NCBI GenBank assembly: GCA_027460535.1
Contig: JAPZAR010000002.1
Location: 1 to 24,196, forward strand
DNA from: Candidatus Methanoperedens sp.
Lineage (GTDB): Archaea; Halobacteriota; Methanosarcinia; Methanosarcinales; Methanoperedenaceae
DNA: 24,196 nt
Reading direction: 5' to 3'
Position 1 is the first letter of the stretch, and each line of letters begins with the position of its first letter. Shown piece by piece: positions 23,015 to 24,196 of this stretch. Below the pieces are notes generated by a model. It worked only from the letters and a program-made list of their open reading frames with translations, made no database searches and was not told where the DNA came from. The translations under genes and the position numbers were made by a program.

Positions 23015-24019
23015 TTAGGGCATACGACCTGTCTGAAGGATGACTTCAGAAGGCGATCTTATATTGACACCCATTGTTCCACATGCTGCTGTTGCTGATT
23101 GGTTTATCCAAGATGTCCATGATGGTGTTCTACCGGCTAAATGCAAATTTGTAAAGTCATTTCCTCCTGATAACTGTCTGCAGTTGTTTATGTTATACGA
23201 TTCTAACGTAACATAACTATTCGGAAATTTAAGATTCGTATATGCATATTTGCTTGATGCAACGCCAGAATTAATGTCATATGTCCATATTAACCAATGT
23301 GTTGGTTGGGCAGTCTGGAGCTGCATATATCCATATATGGAATCGCCCACATTAACTCTTGTGATGGTCTCATTGTGAAAATAACTCCCGTTTATTCCAT
23401 ACCATGACGAAATATCCCAGGAATTTCGTCCGTTCTGTCCCCATTCCAATACGGGCTGGAGAATGGAAGCTCCGGAGTTCTCACTGTTCTGCATTGCTGT
23501 AAAGTAAAATATGGTCTGATGCGGGCTTGCCAGGTCGAGTGGAGCGGATGGAACATTCCAAATTCCTTCGAAAAGGGTGTTACCGGCGCTATTGATATCT
23601 CTTGCCCGTTCTGTCCAGCCATTAATTGCTGGTAGCGCGTCGCCGGCAGATGCTTTGACGAGATTTCCGACTCTGTAGCTGCATTCCTCTGCGACATAAT
23701 CACACGACATGTCCAGTACTTCATTATCCGGTACTTTAATTTTTTTCGATAACTTATCCATAGCTTTTTTTGTTGCGTCTAGGCGCTCTGCAATAGAACT
23801 TGTCTTTGGTATCTTAACAGTCCCGCTTTCGATTATGGCCTTATCGAAGTCTGATTCATTCATTATGTGACGACGGTCGGGGGTCATAATTTTTCCAGAC
23901 TTCACGACTTTGGTTTGCTCATTTGCTCCTTGCGCGCTTACCACAGCTACAAAGGCAATGCTAACGATCAACAAAGCCGCAAGCAGTGCCCCTAATTGCA
24001 TTCCTTTACTTTTTTTCAT
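23015..24019 (-). CDS. Secreted protein; possible eqolisin-like (G1 family) glutamic peptidase with an N-terminal pro-region
   Basis: 334 aa. Signal peptide MKKSKGMQLGALLAALLIVSIAFVAVVSAQG. GGAGG lies 7 nt upstream. The segments WNVPSAP, SILQPVLEW, VNVGDSIYGYM and YVTLESYN align by eye with the scytalidoglutamic peptidase blocks ANVPSAS, AILQTGFDW, ISEGDSIQMSV and AEFIIEDFE. The catalytic Gln (codon 23456-23458) and Glu (23201-23203) equivalents are retained. Confidence 0.4.
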   Translation of the reverse strand: MKKSKGMQLGALLAALLIVSIAFVAVVSAQGANEQTKVVKSGKIMTPDRRHIMNESDFDKAIIESGTVKIPKTSSIAERLDATKKAMDKLSKKIKVPDNEVLDMSCDYVAEECSYRVGNLVKASAGDALPAINGWTERARDINSAGNTLFEGIWNVPSAPLDLASPHQTIFYFTAMQNSENSGASILQPVLEWGQNGRNSWDISSWYGINGSYFHNETITRVNVGDSIYGYMQLQTAQPTHWLIWTYDINSGVASSKYAYTNLKFPNSYVTLESYNINNCRQLSGGNDFTNLHLAGRTPSWTSWINQSATAACGTMGVNIRSPSEVILQTGRMP

Positions 24020-24045
24020 ATTTTTCCTCCTTTAATTTTTCTTAT

Positions 24046-24196
24046 CCCGGAGGCAAACAGGCAAATCTTTAATACTTTGAAAGTCTTAACCTTATTTTGC
24101 CTACGGGCCTTGGGGTTCAACCGTACTTTAGTAGGTTCAGTTGAACCCTACGTTTTTCATGGTCAGTAAAATCCAGTTGTTAGAGTTATTATCTTT
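24046..24196 (-). repeat. Conserved non-coding upstream element, copy 2 (27 nt upstream of the 24019 start; runs off the window)
   Basis: See copy 1. The identical 78-nt core is at 24110-24187. Confidence 0.85.

Overview
Archaeal chromosomal window. Evidence for this: a uS13-uS4-uS11-RpoD operon, an Mth938-fold protein, GGAGG ribosome-binding sites with AT-rich TATA-type promoters, PGF-CTERM-type sorting signals and CxxCH haem motifs. A Methanosarcinales/ANME-like euryarchaeon is my inference only. The left 13.4 kb is mostly housekeeping: a partial MgtC-family membrane protein, an Mth938-like protein, two small paralogous-tailed genes, thioredoxin-type ArsC, a Pat/YfiQ-type ACD-GNAT fusion bracketed by two paralogous AbrB-PhoU proteins, a small membrane protein, iscS-iscU, and divergently rps13-rps4-rps11-rpoD followed by tRNA-Leu(GAG). 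The conserved archaeal ribosomal cluster stops at that tRNA. There I see an orphan tRNA-Leu 5' half and a ~55-codon SNF2-helicase relic. The right 10.5 kb is an envelope/accessory region, all on the minus strand. It holds a six-gene translationally coupled operon (PD40 beta-propeller with PGF-CTERM, two paralogous ABC-2 permeases, a four-repeat NEW3/CARDB-like anchored protein, an ABC ATPase, a small acidic protein). It also holds a secreted PPC-like protein, a two-haem c-type cytochrome with an archaeosortase-type C-terminus, and a secreted protein with eqolisin-like (G1 glutamic peptidase) motifs. Structures not explained by the gene calls: (1) a >150-nt non-coding element with a perfect 78-nt core and conserved hairpins, repeated upstream of two unrelated secreted-protein genes; (2) a 100-bp-period tandem duplication of the promoter and 5' end of the beta-propeller gene; (3) a ~95-nt shared 3' cassette on two small genes; (4) four exact AATCTATATA boxes around the Pat/PhoU cluster; (5) a 74-residue Lys/Glu-rich N-terminal extension on uS13; (6) gene debris (a frameshifted UbiA fragment and a transposase-like fragment). 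I found no rRNA, CRISPR array or intact mobile element.
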